From an uncultured Thermotogae bacterium (GTDB lineage: Bacteria; Bipolaricaulota; Bipolaricaulia; UBA7950; UBA9294), in NCBI GenBank assembly GCA_964547105.1, contig CAZJLO010000001.1, forward strand, positions 73,134 to 137,133: a stretch of 64,000 nt of DNA, written 5' to 3'. The notes below the pieces were generated by a model. The model did no database searches. It saw only the letters and a program-made list of their open reading frames with translations, and was not told the origin of the DNA. The stretch's first letter is position 1; each line of letters begins with the position of its first letter. The position numbers and the translations under genes were made by a program. Shown here piece after piece: positions 10,505 through 19,510 of this stretch.

Positions 10505-12121
10505 ATGGAGGGTCTCTTGCGCAAGTTCGTGTTCGTCACCGGTGGTGTCCTCTCCGGCCTCGGCAAGGGGGTCATCACGGCATCGATCGGCCTTCTCCTC
10601 AAGCAATCCGGGTACCGCGTTTCTCTGCAGAAGATCGATCCCTACGTCAATATCGACGCGGGCACGATGAACCCCTACGAGCACGGTGAAGTGTTTGTCA
10701 CCGACGATGGGAAGGAAACGGATCTTGATATCGGCCGCTATGAGCGGTTTCTTGACGAGAGCCTATCTGCCCGCAACTACGCGACAACGGGGCAAGTCTA
10801 CTGGAGCGTCATTCGTCAGGAACGCGCTGGATCGTTCCTCGGCAAGACCGTGCAGGTCATCCCACACATCACGGATGAGATCAAGAAACTGATCCGGAAA
10901 CCACTTGACGATTGTGCCGCCGAGATTGCCGTCGTCGAGATCGGAGGCACGGTCGGCGACATCGAGAGCCTGCCGTTTCTGGAGGCGCTTCGCCAGCTGA
11001 AGGACGAGCTCCCGGCGGAAGATACGTTCTTTGTCCATCTTACTCTGCTTCCGCAGATGTCAAGCACCGACGAACTGAAAACGAAGCCCACTCAGCACAG
11101 CGTGAAGGAGCTTCGGGGGATTGGAATCCAGCCTGATGCCATCGTGGCGCGGGCGGAACGATCCGTCCCGCCTGACGTGCGCAGGAAGATTGCCCTGTTC
11201 TGCGACGTTCCCGAAGCGAATGTCATCGAGGACATCGATCAGTTCTCCATCTATGATGTCCCGCTTGTCGTTCAACGAGAAGGTCTTCATGCAGCAGTGT
11301 CCGCAGGGCTGAAGCTCCCTCCGCGAGCCCCCGATATGGAGCGCTGGAGCCAGCGGGTCGAGAAGTTGCGCTGCCCAACGCAGCGAGTACGGATCGCAAT
11401 CGTCGGCAAGTACATCGAGCTGCGAGATTCGTACATCAGCATTCACGAAGCGCTCATTCACGCCGGTGTTCACAGCGAAGTCGGCATCGATCCCTTGTGG
11501 GTCTCCGCCGAATCTGTTGACGAGCACGGTCCGGACCGCTACTTGTCCGAAGTGGATGGTGTGTTGATCCCTGGCGGGTTCGGAGATCGCGGCATCGACG
11601 GGAAGGTGGAAGCCGTCTCGTACGCTCGCACGAACGATATCCCGTTTTTCGGGATCTGCCTTGGTTTGCAGTGCGCGGCAATCGAGTTCGCGCGCAATCG
11701 CCTTGGCCTAGGCCGCGCCGACAGCGCGGAATTCAACTCCAAGACTCCTCATCCTGTCATCGACTTGATGGAGGCTCAAACCGGGCTTCGAGACAAGGGC
11801 GGGACGATGCGTCTCGGAGCGTATCCCGCGGTTCTCGCATCCGATTCGATCAGTCTCTCTTGCTACAAGACAGCGGAGATCTCGGAACGTCATCGGCATC
11901 GCTATGAGTTCAACCCCGCATACCGTGAGGCGTTTTCCGCTGGGGGATTCCACGTCGCTGGAACATCTCCCGATGGGAGACTGGTCGAGATCCTTGAACT
12001 GCAAGAACATCCATGGTTCGTCGGCGTTCAGTTTCACCCGGAATTCAAGTCTCGATTCGTGAGTCCTCACCCTCTCTTTGTCGGCTTTGTGCAGGCATGT
12101 CTCGCAAGACACTGTCGTTGA
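10505..12121 (+). CDS. pyrG: CTP synthase
   Basis: FVTGGVLSGLGKG at the N-terminus and a glutamine amidotransferase domain with GICLGLQ. The ATG at 10505 is preferred over the track start. Confidence 0.95.
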   Translation: MEGLLRKFVFVTGGVLSGLGKGVITASIGLLLKQSGYRVSLQKIDPYVNIDAGTMNPYEHGEVFVTDDGKETDLDIGRYERFLDESLSARNYATTGQVYWSVIRQERAGSFLGKTVQVIPHITDEIKKLIRKPLDDCAAEIAVVEIGGTVGDIESLPFLEALRQLKDELPAEDTFFVHLTLLPQMSSTDELKTKPTQHSVKELRGIGIQPDAIVARAERSVPPDVRRKIALFCDVPEANVIEDIDQFSIYDVPLVVQREGLHAAVSAGLKLPPRAPDMERWSQRVEKLRCPTQRVRIAIVGKYIELRDSYISIHEALIHAGVHSEVGIDPLWVSAESVDEHGPDRYLSEVDGVLIPGGFGDRGIDGKVEAVSYARTNDIPFFGICLGLQCAAIEFARNRLGLGRADSAEFNSKTPHPVIDLMEAQTGLRDKGGTMRLGAYPAVLASDSISLSCYKTAEISERHRHRYEFNPAYREAFSAGGFHVAGTSPDGRLVEILELQEHPWFVGVQFHPEFKSRFVSPHPLFVGFVQACLARHCR

Positions 12122-12951
12122 CGCTGGCGGCACTGTGCCTTGTCGGCGGACTTGCAGCCGTCGTGCTCGCCCCGGCCGGATCTCCGGAAACGGGCCGTCA
12201 GCCGGTCGCCATCGATGCCCTTCAGCTGGTGGGCTATGATGACTCGGGCACCGTGCGGTGGTCGCTGGACACTCATACGGGATCGCTGATGCAAGCAACA
12301 CAGACCGGAAGTTTCTCCAATCTTGCACTTCGATTTGTGGAACAGGGTGAAACGACGTTGTCGCTGACAGCGGGCCGCGTTGATCTGACATCACAGCGAG
12401 GACTGCTGACTCAATCACCTTCCCTGAGGGCGCTTCGAACGGAGGCTCGAACCCGCGAGTACGCACTGCTCGCCGATCAGATGACGTGGTGGCGAGAAGA
12501 TGAAATGTTGTCCGGATTGGAAGTCTCCGCCACGTTCTCCTCCGGGCAGCTGACGGCTCCGATGATGGAGCTTGATCTGTCGAGCGAGCATTTCTCGTTT
12601 GACGGCGGGATCCTGCTACGCATCGAGCTGGAAAACGGGAAGACCGCCGATGTCTCCGGCGAGATCGCCTCAATCGTCGACGATCAAGTTGTCATCGAGC
12701 GATCGGTCATCGTCGAAATCGGTGCCGACACCTACTCCTGCGAAACCATGACTCTGCAACCGGCGGCGGGCGAAACCGCCGTCTCCTCAATCCTCCTTGA
12801 GGGAGATGTGTCCGCGTCGTTCTCGCAGGGGGAGATCACCGCGGATACACTGCGTGTGACATCGACCGGTTGGGAGGCGGATGGGCAGGTGGTCCTTGAG
12901 TTCGAGCTGGACCTTGATGGGACGCTGTCGAGCCCGGAGAACGATGCTTGA
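12097..12951 (+). CDS. Membrane-anchored LptC/LptA-like (OstA-type beta-jellyroll) protein, tentative
   Basis: Single N-terminal TM segment, then a serine/threonine-rich beta-strand domain. Its stop overlaps the start of the LptB-like ATPase. The start overlaps the pyrG 3' end by 25 nt. Confidence 0.45.
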   Translation: MSRKTLSLTLAALCLVGGLAAVVLAPAGSPETGRQPVAIDALQLVGYDDSGTVRWSLDTHTGSLMQATQTGSFSNLALRFVEQGETTLSLTAGRVDLTSQRGLLTQSPSLRALRTEARTREYALLADQMTWWREDEMLSGLEVSATFSSGQLTAPMMELDLSSEHFSFDGGILLRIELENGKTADVSGEIASIVDDQVVIERSVIVEIGADTYSCETMTLQPAAGETAVSSILLEGDVSASFSQGEITADTLRVTSTGWEADGQVVLEFELDLDGTLSSPENDA

Positions 12952-13657
12952 AGCGGCAAACCTTGTGAAGCACTACCAGCAGCGTTGCGTGGTCGATCAC
13001 CTGTCCCTTCGGGTCGATCGAGGTCAGATCATCGGGCTTCTTGGCCCCAACGGAGCCGGGAAGACCACGACGTTCCGCATGATGGTCGGCTTCATCCGCG
13101 CCGAGACGGGCTCCGTGACACTCGACGGCCGCAACCTCGCATCGCTTCCATTCTATCAGAGATCGCGAATGGGAATCGGCTACCTTCCACAAGAACCGTC
13201 TGTTTTTGTGAAAGCGACCGTGGCCGACAATCTGAACTTCGTTTTGGAGTGGACGCGATCAAGAAGCGAAATGGAACGGGCCCGCCACGAGCTTCTGGAG
13301 GAGTTTTCACTGACATCTCTCGAGTCACACCGGGCTTCCACGCTGTCTTCCGGGGAACGCAGGAGGCTGGAAATCGCGCGCACCCTGGCCACGTCGCCGT
13401 CGTTCATCCTTCTTGACGAACCGTTCTCCGGAATCGATCCGCTGACCATCCATGATCTACAGGGATGCCTCACCCGATTGAAGGAGCAGGCAATCGGCTT
13501 CGTGATCACCGACCACAACGTGCGTGACACGCTGGCCGTGACCGACTACACCTACCTGATCCATGAAGGGAAGATCATCGTCGAAGGGACAGCCGACGAA
13601 CTCGTCACAAATCCTCTTGCACGCCAGTTCTACCTTGGTTCCCGTTTCCGTTTGTAG
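12944..13657 (+). CDS. lptB: LPS export ABC transporter ATP-binding protein LptB-like
   Basis: LEAANLVKHYQQRCVVDHLSL..GLLGPNGAGKTT..LSGGERRRLEIAR. Single ATPase domain with an LptB-type C-terminus. Confidence 0.75.
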   Translation: MLEAANLVKHYQQRCVVDHLSLRVDRGQIIGLLGPNGAGKTTTFRMMVGFIRAETGSVTLDGRNLASLPFYQRSRMGIGYLPQEPSVFVKATVADNLNFVLEWTRSRSEMERARHELLEEFSLTSLESHRASTLSSGERRRLEIARTLATSPSFILLDEPFSGIDPLTIHDLQGCLTRLKEQAIGFVITDHNVRDTLAVTDYTYLIHEGKIIVEGTADELVTNPLARQFYLGSRFRL

Positions 13658-14423
13658 TCCGCCTATACAGGCGCCCAAACACGATCCAGGATCCAAAACC
13701 AATGATGAGGCCAATGCTGACGACTTGCGCGATTCGGAACGGGCCGATCCACAGGCTGTCGGCTCGAACGAAGCTAACGAAGAACCTCACCGTCGAGTAC
13801 AGCAAGAAATACAGCGCCGTAATCAATCCATCTCGATGGCTTCGCTTCCGCAACACAAACCACAGCAGCATGAAGACGATTAGATTCCCGAGCATCTCGT
13901 AGATCATCGTCGGATGGGTCGCCTGGTTCGGAAACGCTCTCCCGGCAGGGGAATCGACAGGAAACTTTATTCCCCACGGAAGAGATGTCGGAAGACCGAA
14001 CGCGTCTCCGTTCATTAGGTTTCCGATCCGCCCGATGGCTTGTCCGAGGATGAGACTTGGCGCCAGCGCGTCGGTGAGGCACCAGAATCGCACCTTGGTT
14101 CGACGCGCAAACAAGAACACGACCAGCACACCGGCGAGAACCCCTCCGTGAATCGCCAATCCCCCTTCCCATATCTTGAGGATGTCAACGGGGTGGCGCA
14201 CATAGTAGCTCCATTGGAACACAACGTAGTACAGCCGTGCTCCGACGATGGCCGCCGGAATCACCCATAGCAGCAAATCGAACAACCGCTCGGTCGGAAG
14301 AGGAATACGCTTCCGCTTCACTTCCATGGCAAGAAGCCACATCCCGATGCAAATCGCAATGACGTACATCAATCCGTAGTAGCGAATCGTGACCGGTCCC
14401 AGCTCGACAAGTATCGGGTGCAT
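13605..14423 (-). CDS. lgt: Prolipoprotein diacylglyceryl transferase
   Basis: Lgt signature GQAIGRIGNLMNGDAFG in a polytopic membrane protein. The internal Met MHPILVELGPV is the preferred start. Confidence 0.85.
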   Translation of the reverse strand: MHPILVELGPVTIRYYGLMYVIAICIGMWLLAMEVKRKRIPLPTERLFDLLLWVIPAAIVGARLYYVVFQWSYYVRHPVDILKIWEGGLAIHGGVLAGVLVVFLFARRTKVRFWCLTDALAPSLILGQAIGRIGNLMNGDAFGLPTSLPWGIKFPVDSPAGRAFPNQATHPTMIYEMLGNLIVFMLLWFVLRKRSHRDGLITALYFLLYSTVRFFVSFVRADSLWIGPFRIAQVVSIGLIIGFGSWIVFGRLYRRTTNGNGNQGRTGVQEDL

Positions 14424-14456
14424 CCCATCCCCCCCAACCGATATGATCCAGAGTAT

Positions 14457-15980
14457 ATGGCGAAGCTTTGGATACGAAAAACCTACCCCTGGCTTGCCGG
14501 AGCCGTGCTGGCGCTTTCCATGCCCAGTGGCCATCTGCCGCTAGGCGGCATGGTCTTCGGTGCCTTGCTGCCGGCACTTCTTCTCCGCGGACGGCGATCC
14601 GGTTTCTTCGCCGGATGGGCGATGGGAATCGCGTTCTTTGCCGTGGATCTGCGCTGGCTTCTAACACTGTGGCAATTCACGCCGATGGTTCTTGCCGGCT
14701 ACATCGCTTTGATTTGCGTCTACGGAATGTCAGTTGCCATCTGGAAAGCCGCCGTGACGATCGCCGAACGACGATGGGGTCCGGCAACAGCCTTTCTGCT
14801 CGTGTCTCCGTTCCTATGGACTTCGATGGAATGGCTGCGGGCGCAAGGATCGATGGGGTTCGGTTTCTCCACGTTGTACTCGGCGCTCTATCGAACACCG
14901 GCGCTGATTCAGGCAGCAAGTGTCTTCGGCCCGTGGTTCGTTTCCACGCTCATCCTTATCGCCAACGGCGGCCTTGCCTTGGCTGCGCGGCGCCGATCAC
15001 TGATCCCGATGCTGATTTCGGCTGCCACGATCGCTGCGGCTGCCGCGTTTTCGATGTTTCCGGTTCCCTCAAGCGATCCACCGCCGGAAACGCTGTCAGT
15101 CGCTGTCATTGGATCGGATGTCAACCAAACCGCCAAACTGGATGGGATGAATCTTCTCGAGCTGCGAGACCGCTATCTCCAGCTTGGCGAGGTCGCCGCG
15201 GAGACTCAGCCCGATCTCATCGTTTTTCCGGAATCGATCCTGCCCGGATACATTTTGCTCGACTCCCGGCTTCTCCCCCAATTCGAAGAGCTTGCGAGGT
15301 CGTCGGAAGCATCGCTGCTGTTCGGCACGGGAGACATCCGTGACGGCGAGATCTACAACGCCGCCGTTCTGCTCGGGAAAGACGGCCGGATCGAGGATCG
15401 CTACGACATGGTTCGCTTGGTGCCGTTTGGGGAGTGGATTCCGGCACGGGGACTTCTCGAACGACTCGGTCTCGGTGACTTGGTCCGCTCGTTCCTGCCG
15501 TTTGATGTCTCACGCGGAATCGGCCCTCTCCCGATCGACGTCTATGGAACCCCTATCTGTTTTGAGTCAAGTTTCCCCGCGGTCTCGCGGGGGTTCGCGG
15601 CCGCTGGAGCGGAGCTTCTGGTCGTGATCACCAACGATGCCTGGTTCTCCCACAGCTCAGAGCTCGAGGCCCACTTCGCTTGCGCTGTGTTCCGTGCCGT
15701 GGAAACGCGGAGATACCTTGCTCAAGCAGCCAACGGCGGGATTTCGGGCGTGATCGATGCGCGAGGTTCGATCCTTGCCGAATCGGATTTGCAGGGCATC
15801 CTTTCCGCCAACGTCGAATTGCGGCAGGAACGATCGTTCTATGTCAGGTGGGGTGAGGTGCCGCTTCTTCTCGGCTGGATCGTAGCGTGGGTTACTTGGG
15901 GAATGGTTCTCAGGGCTCGAGGCCGGTTCGCCAAGAAGCGAAGCGCCGCGAAACCGTTTGAGACGGTCCCGCGGCGCTGA
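14457..15980 (+). CDS. lnt: Apolipoprotein N-acyltransferase
   Basis: N-terminal polytopic membrane domain plus a CN-hydrolase domain (LIVFPESILPGY, ICFESSFP). It is divergent from lgt. Confidence 0.8.
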   Translation: MAKLWIRKTYPWLAGAVLALSMPSGHLPLGGMVFGALLPALLLRGRRSGFFAGWAMGIAFFAVDLRWLLTLWQFTPMVLAGYIALICVYGMSVAIWKAAVTIAERRWGPATAFLLVSPFLWTSMEWLRAQGSMGFGFSTLYSALYRTPALIQAASVFGPWFVSTLILIANGGLALAARRRSLIPMLISAATIAAAAAFSMFPVPSSDPPPETLSVAVIGSDVNQTAKLDGMNLLELRDRYLQLGEVAAETQPDLIVFPESILPGYILLDSRLLPQFEELARSSEASLLFGTGDIRDGEIYNAAVLLGKDGRIEDRYDMVRLVPFGEWIPARGLLERLGLGDLVRSFLPFDVSRGIGPLPIDVYGTPICFESSFPAVSRGFAAAGAELLVVITNDAWFSHSSELEAHFACAVFRAVETRRYLAQAANGGISGVIDARGSILAESDLQGILSANVELRQERSFYVRWGEVPLLLGWIVAWVTWGMVLRARGRFAKKRSAAKPFETVPRR

Positions 15981-16048
15981 TGCAAAGCCCCTGATCCAAG
16001 CCGATGGATGTTCCGGATTGCCTGTCTTGGTTCGACCTCATGCACTCG

Positions 16049-17407
16049 TTAGAAGCCGAATTCCTCCACAGCCGGGAACACATTGTCGCCGGTCGACGTC
16101 AGCTTCGTCACGGATCCATCGCTGAATGACACTTTGTAGAGGTTGTACAAACCACTCGTCTCAACCCGGGCGAACACGAGGCCGCTTCCATCCTCCAACC
16201 AGAACGGGCAAAACTCATCGTCATCGGTTGTGATTCCGGAGAGCGATGAACCAACGATCGCTTCGACGTACGCTTCCAGGGTGACCTCGTTTTCGCCTGC
16301 CACGTCCATCACCCAAATATCAATGGTCGTGCCGAATGCTGTTCGTTCGCTCGAGAACGCAATCTCGGTGCCCGCCGGGCTCCATACCGGCTTCGAGATC
16401 CCTGCCACCGCGGGAAGGCCGACTGCGGTTGCCAGCGAGGCTTCGAACCCTGTCGGGGAAGCATCGCCGTCGCGCCCCGGTCCGTCGAACAACACAGTCG
16501 CCGTCTCGGTCGTGCTGTCCCAAAGCCAGATCGAACTCTCTCCGGTCGCATTCTTGTTCGAGACGAACAGCAGATCATCGCTCGCCGTGGAGTACGACGG
16601 CGCAATCGCCCAGGATGGGCTTTGCGAAGTCAACTTCGCCTGCGACAGGCCTTCGGAGGTCATCGTCCAGATTTCCCAGCTGTCGGTCGAAGCCGGAGCT
16701 GCAACATTGGATGAGAACGCGATCAGCGTTCCGTCCCGCGACCAAGTCGGCTGAATTTCGCTCGATGTCTGCTCCGTCAGTTGATTCTGCCCAAGCGGGC
16801 CTCCCGCCAGGCTGATCGTGAAGATGTCCCAGTCGCCATCCGCGTCCGACGCATAGGCAACTTTGTTTCGGGTCGTCGGCACGAGCGCCGGGAACACTTC
16901 TTCATCCCCCGTGTTCAGGTAGATCGCTCCCTGTTCCGATCCGTCAGATCTCATCTGCCAGATGTCATAGTCCCAGATCGCGCCGCTTCCGTCACGATCT
17001 ACGGAAAACGTGATCATGGCCGGTCCGACCGTCACCGTTCGGCTGACCATCCCGATTCGTCCGTCGTTGTCTGTGACCGTCAGCGTAATCTCGAAGGTCC
17101 CCGCTTCATCGTATTCGTGCGTCGGCGTGTCGGCCACATCCGTGCCGGTATCGGCCGCGGTACCATCACCGTAGTCCAGTTCGTAGCTCACAATCAGGCC
17201 ATCCGGGTCATTTGAGTCCGACAGGTCAAACACATAGACCACCGGTGCTTCCTGATCATCGTCCGATGTAAGGTCGAGGAGGGCAATCGGGGCTTGCCCG
17301 AAAAACCCTCGGCAGGCAGCAATCCCGAAGGCCAACCCGCAAAGCAGCATCGCGACTAGAATGCGACGAATCAAACCCGTTGGCGCTGCTTCTCCAAACG
17401 CAGGCAT
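16049..17407 (-). CDS. Exported lipoprotein with a PKD domain and TolB-like beta-propeller repeats
   Basis: Lipobox-like FGIAAC; PKD motif YELDYGDGT...TLTVTDNDG; repeated WSPAGTEIAF / WSRDGTLIAF blades. Start MPAFGE is preceded by AAGGAGGAG. Confidence 0.7.
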   Translation of the reverse strand: MPAFGEAAPTGLIRRILVAMLLCGLAFGIAACRGFFGQAPIALLDLTSDDDQEAPVVYVFDLSDSNDPDGLIVSYELDYGDGTAADTGTDVADTPTHEYDEAGTFEITLTVTDNDGRIGMVSRTVTVGPAMITFSVDRDGSGAIWDYDIWQMRSDGSEQGAIYLNTGDEEVFPALVPTTRNKVAYASDADGDWDIFTISLAGGPLGQNQLTEQTSSEIQPTWSRDGTLIAFSSNVAAPASTDSWEIWTMTSEGLSQAKLTSQSPSWAIAPSYSTASDDLLFVSNKNATGESSIWLWDSTTETATVLFDGPGRDGDASPTGFEASLATAVGLPAVAGISKPVWSPAGTEIAFSSERTAFGTTIDIWVMDVAGENEVTLEAYVEAIVGSSLSGITTDDDEFCPFWLEDGSGLVFARVETSGLYNLYKVSFSDGSVTKLTSTGDNVFPAVEEFGF

Positions 17408-17603
17408 ATCTCCTCCTTGTTCTTGCACGCGTAGCCTCCCTATGGGCCAATCTGGCAGGAGTCTATCTGGATATCCCGGTTCGGTTGGTGAACGCCGTCC
17501 CGCCTCTCCCGGGGGATTCGTCCTGGCGGAAGGTGACCGATGTCAGAATACGAAACCAATCTCCAAACTCGGTGTATATTGGTCAGCAGGAGGTCAGGCC
17601 GGC

Positions 17604-18164
17604 GTGTACAGGCTGCTCGACGAGGTGAGTCTGTTGCGTGCATCGCTACAGGGAGAGACAGAAGCTTGGGGTGAAATCGTCGCCCGCTATAAGGACGCCG
17701 TGTTCGGATTGTGTTTGGGGTTTCTTCACAATCCAGCGGATGCGGAAGACATCACCCACGACGCATTCATTCGCGCTTACGAAAACCTGCGCCGCTACAA
17801 AATTGACAAGAAGTTCTCGACGTGGATGTTCACCGTTGCATCGAACCTGTGCCGAAACCGGCTCAGACACCGCCGTTATCATCCGGTGATACCGCCGCCG
17901 GATGAGATCGCCGGTGGATCCGATCCTGCTGTTGAGTACGCACGCAATGTCCGCCTAGGACAAGTGAGGAAGGCACTGGACCAACTTCCGTATCTGTATC
18001 GCACGCCGCTCGTGCTCAGATTCTATAATGAGCTTTCGTATAATGAGATTGCCGATATTCTCTCCGTCCCCGAAGGGACCGTGAAAACAAGGATTCATCG
18101 GGCAAAGATCCAGTTGAAGAAAATTATGGAGAAGGATGGCCTGACTGATCATGCACAACGATGA
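17604..18164 (+). CDS. ECF-type RNA polymerase sigma factor (sigma-70 group 4)
   Basis: Region 2 DAEDITHDAFIRAYENL and region 4 LSYNEIADILSVPEGTVKTRIHRAK. GTG start is preceded by AGGAGG. Confidence 0.8.
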   Translation: MYRLLDEVSLLRASLQGETEAWGEIVARYKDAVFGLCLGFLHNPADAEDITHDAFIRAYENLRRYKIDKKFSTWMFTVASNLCRNRLRHRRYHPVIPPPDEIAGGSDPAVEYARNVRLGQVRKALDQLPYLYRTPLVLRFYNELSYNEIADILSVPEGTVKTRIHRAKIQLKKIMEKDGLTDHAQR

Positions 18165-18735
18165 TCTTGAGCACCTGTTGAAAGAGACGTTCGAACATGA
18201 CGTCACCCGCCACAGAGGGCGCCTTGAGCGGCTCGAATCACGTATCTCGGAAGAACTGGAAGGACGGTTGCCCAGACCGGGATTCGGAGATCTGATACGC
18301 GGCCTTGTCGCTCCGAGCAGAGCGGGCCGAGTCGGTCAGTTGGCCGTTCTCGCAGCAACCGCAGCTGTATTTCTCATCGTCGGCGGGCTGTTCCTACCGG
18401 AGTTCTCTCCACAGCCCACCCCGGCTGCGCGTATGGCAGAGACCTTCGATGGCGGGGTAGCTGTTGGAACCACCGTGTTTCTTGTTCCCGCTCCCAATGC
18501 CTCCGAAGTCGTCCTGGTCGGCAGCTTCAACAATTGGGAGGCAACGCCTCTCGCTGATGAAGATCTCGACGGCATCTGGCGGGTTGAGCTCACGCTTGAT
18601 CCCGGCCGCTATGAATACGCGTTCGTGGTTGACGGACAGTGGTGGGGACAGGATCCGGCCGCGGATGAGACAGTACGCAGCTACGGCGGCTACAGCTCCG
18701 TGCGCTACGTCGGGTTGGCAGGAGGCGATGCATGA
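18151..18735 (+). CDS. Membrane-anchored anti-sigma factor candidate with a C-terminal CBM48/AMPK-beta-like glycogen-binding-type domain
   Basis: Overlaps the sigma gene stop. It has a helical N-terminus, one TM segment, then VFLVPAPNASEVVLVGSFNNWEATPL...WRVELTLDPGRYEYAFVVDGQW. Confidence 0.55.
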   Translation: MHNDDLEHLLKETFEHDVTRHRGRLERLESRISEELEGRLPRPGFGDLIRGLVAPSRAGRVGQLAVLAATAAVFLIVGGLFLPEFSPQPTPAARMAETFDGGVAVGTTVFLVPAPNASEVVLVGSFNNWEATPLADEDLDGIWRVELTLDPGRYEYAFVVDGQWWGQDPAADETVRSYGGYSSVRYVGLAGGDA

Positions 18736-19433
18736 TGCTTGGTCAAACCCCGATCATAGCAGCGGTCATTTCTCTGGCGATGTTGCTTGTGCTGCCGGTT
18801 GGGTTGCAGACGTCGGCCCAAAGCTCGCTCGATTCGGTGGAGGATCTTCTGATGGCGGCGTCGATTCCCTCAGCAGAACAGATTCGCGGCGCCTTCCAGC
18901 TTGGGATCTCCGCAAGCATACTCACTGCGGAGGATGCGTTGCTTGTTACCGATCGAATCGTTCAGGCGGCGGGGACTGCGGCAGACAAGGAGGCCATTCT
19001 GCTGGCGCTTGCAACCACTTTGGAGCAGGCTCTCCCAGTTGAACGGCTAATCGACAAGGTCATCGAGGGGATCAGTCGCCGGGTTCCCCTGTCGGCGATT
19101 CGCTTCGAGGTACAGCTTCGGGCGAGCTTGCAGGCGGGCATACGCGATCTTCTCTTCTCCAAGGGAATCTTCGTCGGCAGTCCGAGTTCGGCAGGCGGAA
19201 CAGCTCTCCCTCAGCAGAGGTTCAACCTCCTTGTCATGCATATCTCCGACGCCCTCGGTGATTACCGGGAAGGTGGCGGAAGCCCGCTCGATTACCCGTC
19301 GGTGCACTCGGCCGTAGAACAGCGTCTGACTTACCTTGGTGGATCGGTGATCCTTCTGCAGGATGTCGAGCTGGCCTTGTCGCGCATCGAGCCCGCCGAG
19401 CTTGGCTCAGCCCTTCTCGGAGCTCTCAGGTGA
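18732..19433 (+). CDS. Exported alpha-helical hypothetical protein
   Basis: Signal peptide. ATGA overlap with the upstream anti-sigma gene. Confidence 0.5.
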   Translation: MMLGQTPIIAAVISLAMLLVLPVGLQTSAQSSLDSVEDLLMAASIPSAEQIRGAFQLGISASILTAEDALLVTDRIVQAAGTAADKEAILLALATTLEQALPVERLIDKVIEGISRRVPLSAIRFEVQLRASLQAGIRDLLFSKGIFVGSPSSAGGTALPQQRFNLLVMHISDALGDYREGGGSPLDYPSVHSAVEQRLTYLGGSVILLQDVELALSRIEPAELGSALLGALR

Positions 19434-19510
19434 TGCGTTCCGACGCCAAGATGCCGTCAGGGCTGATTCCGCTTGGACCGGTGAAACGGTCACGTTAAGA
19501 TAGCGGCGCG

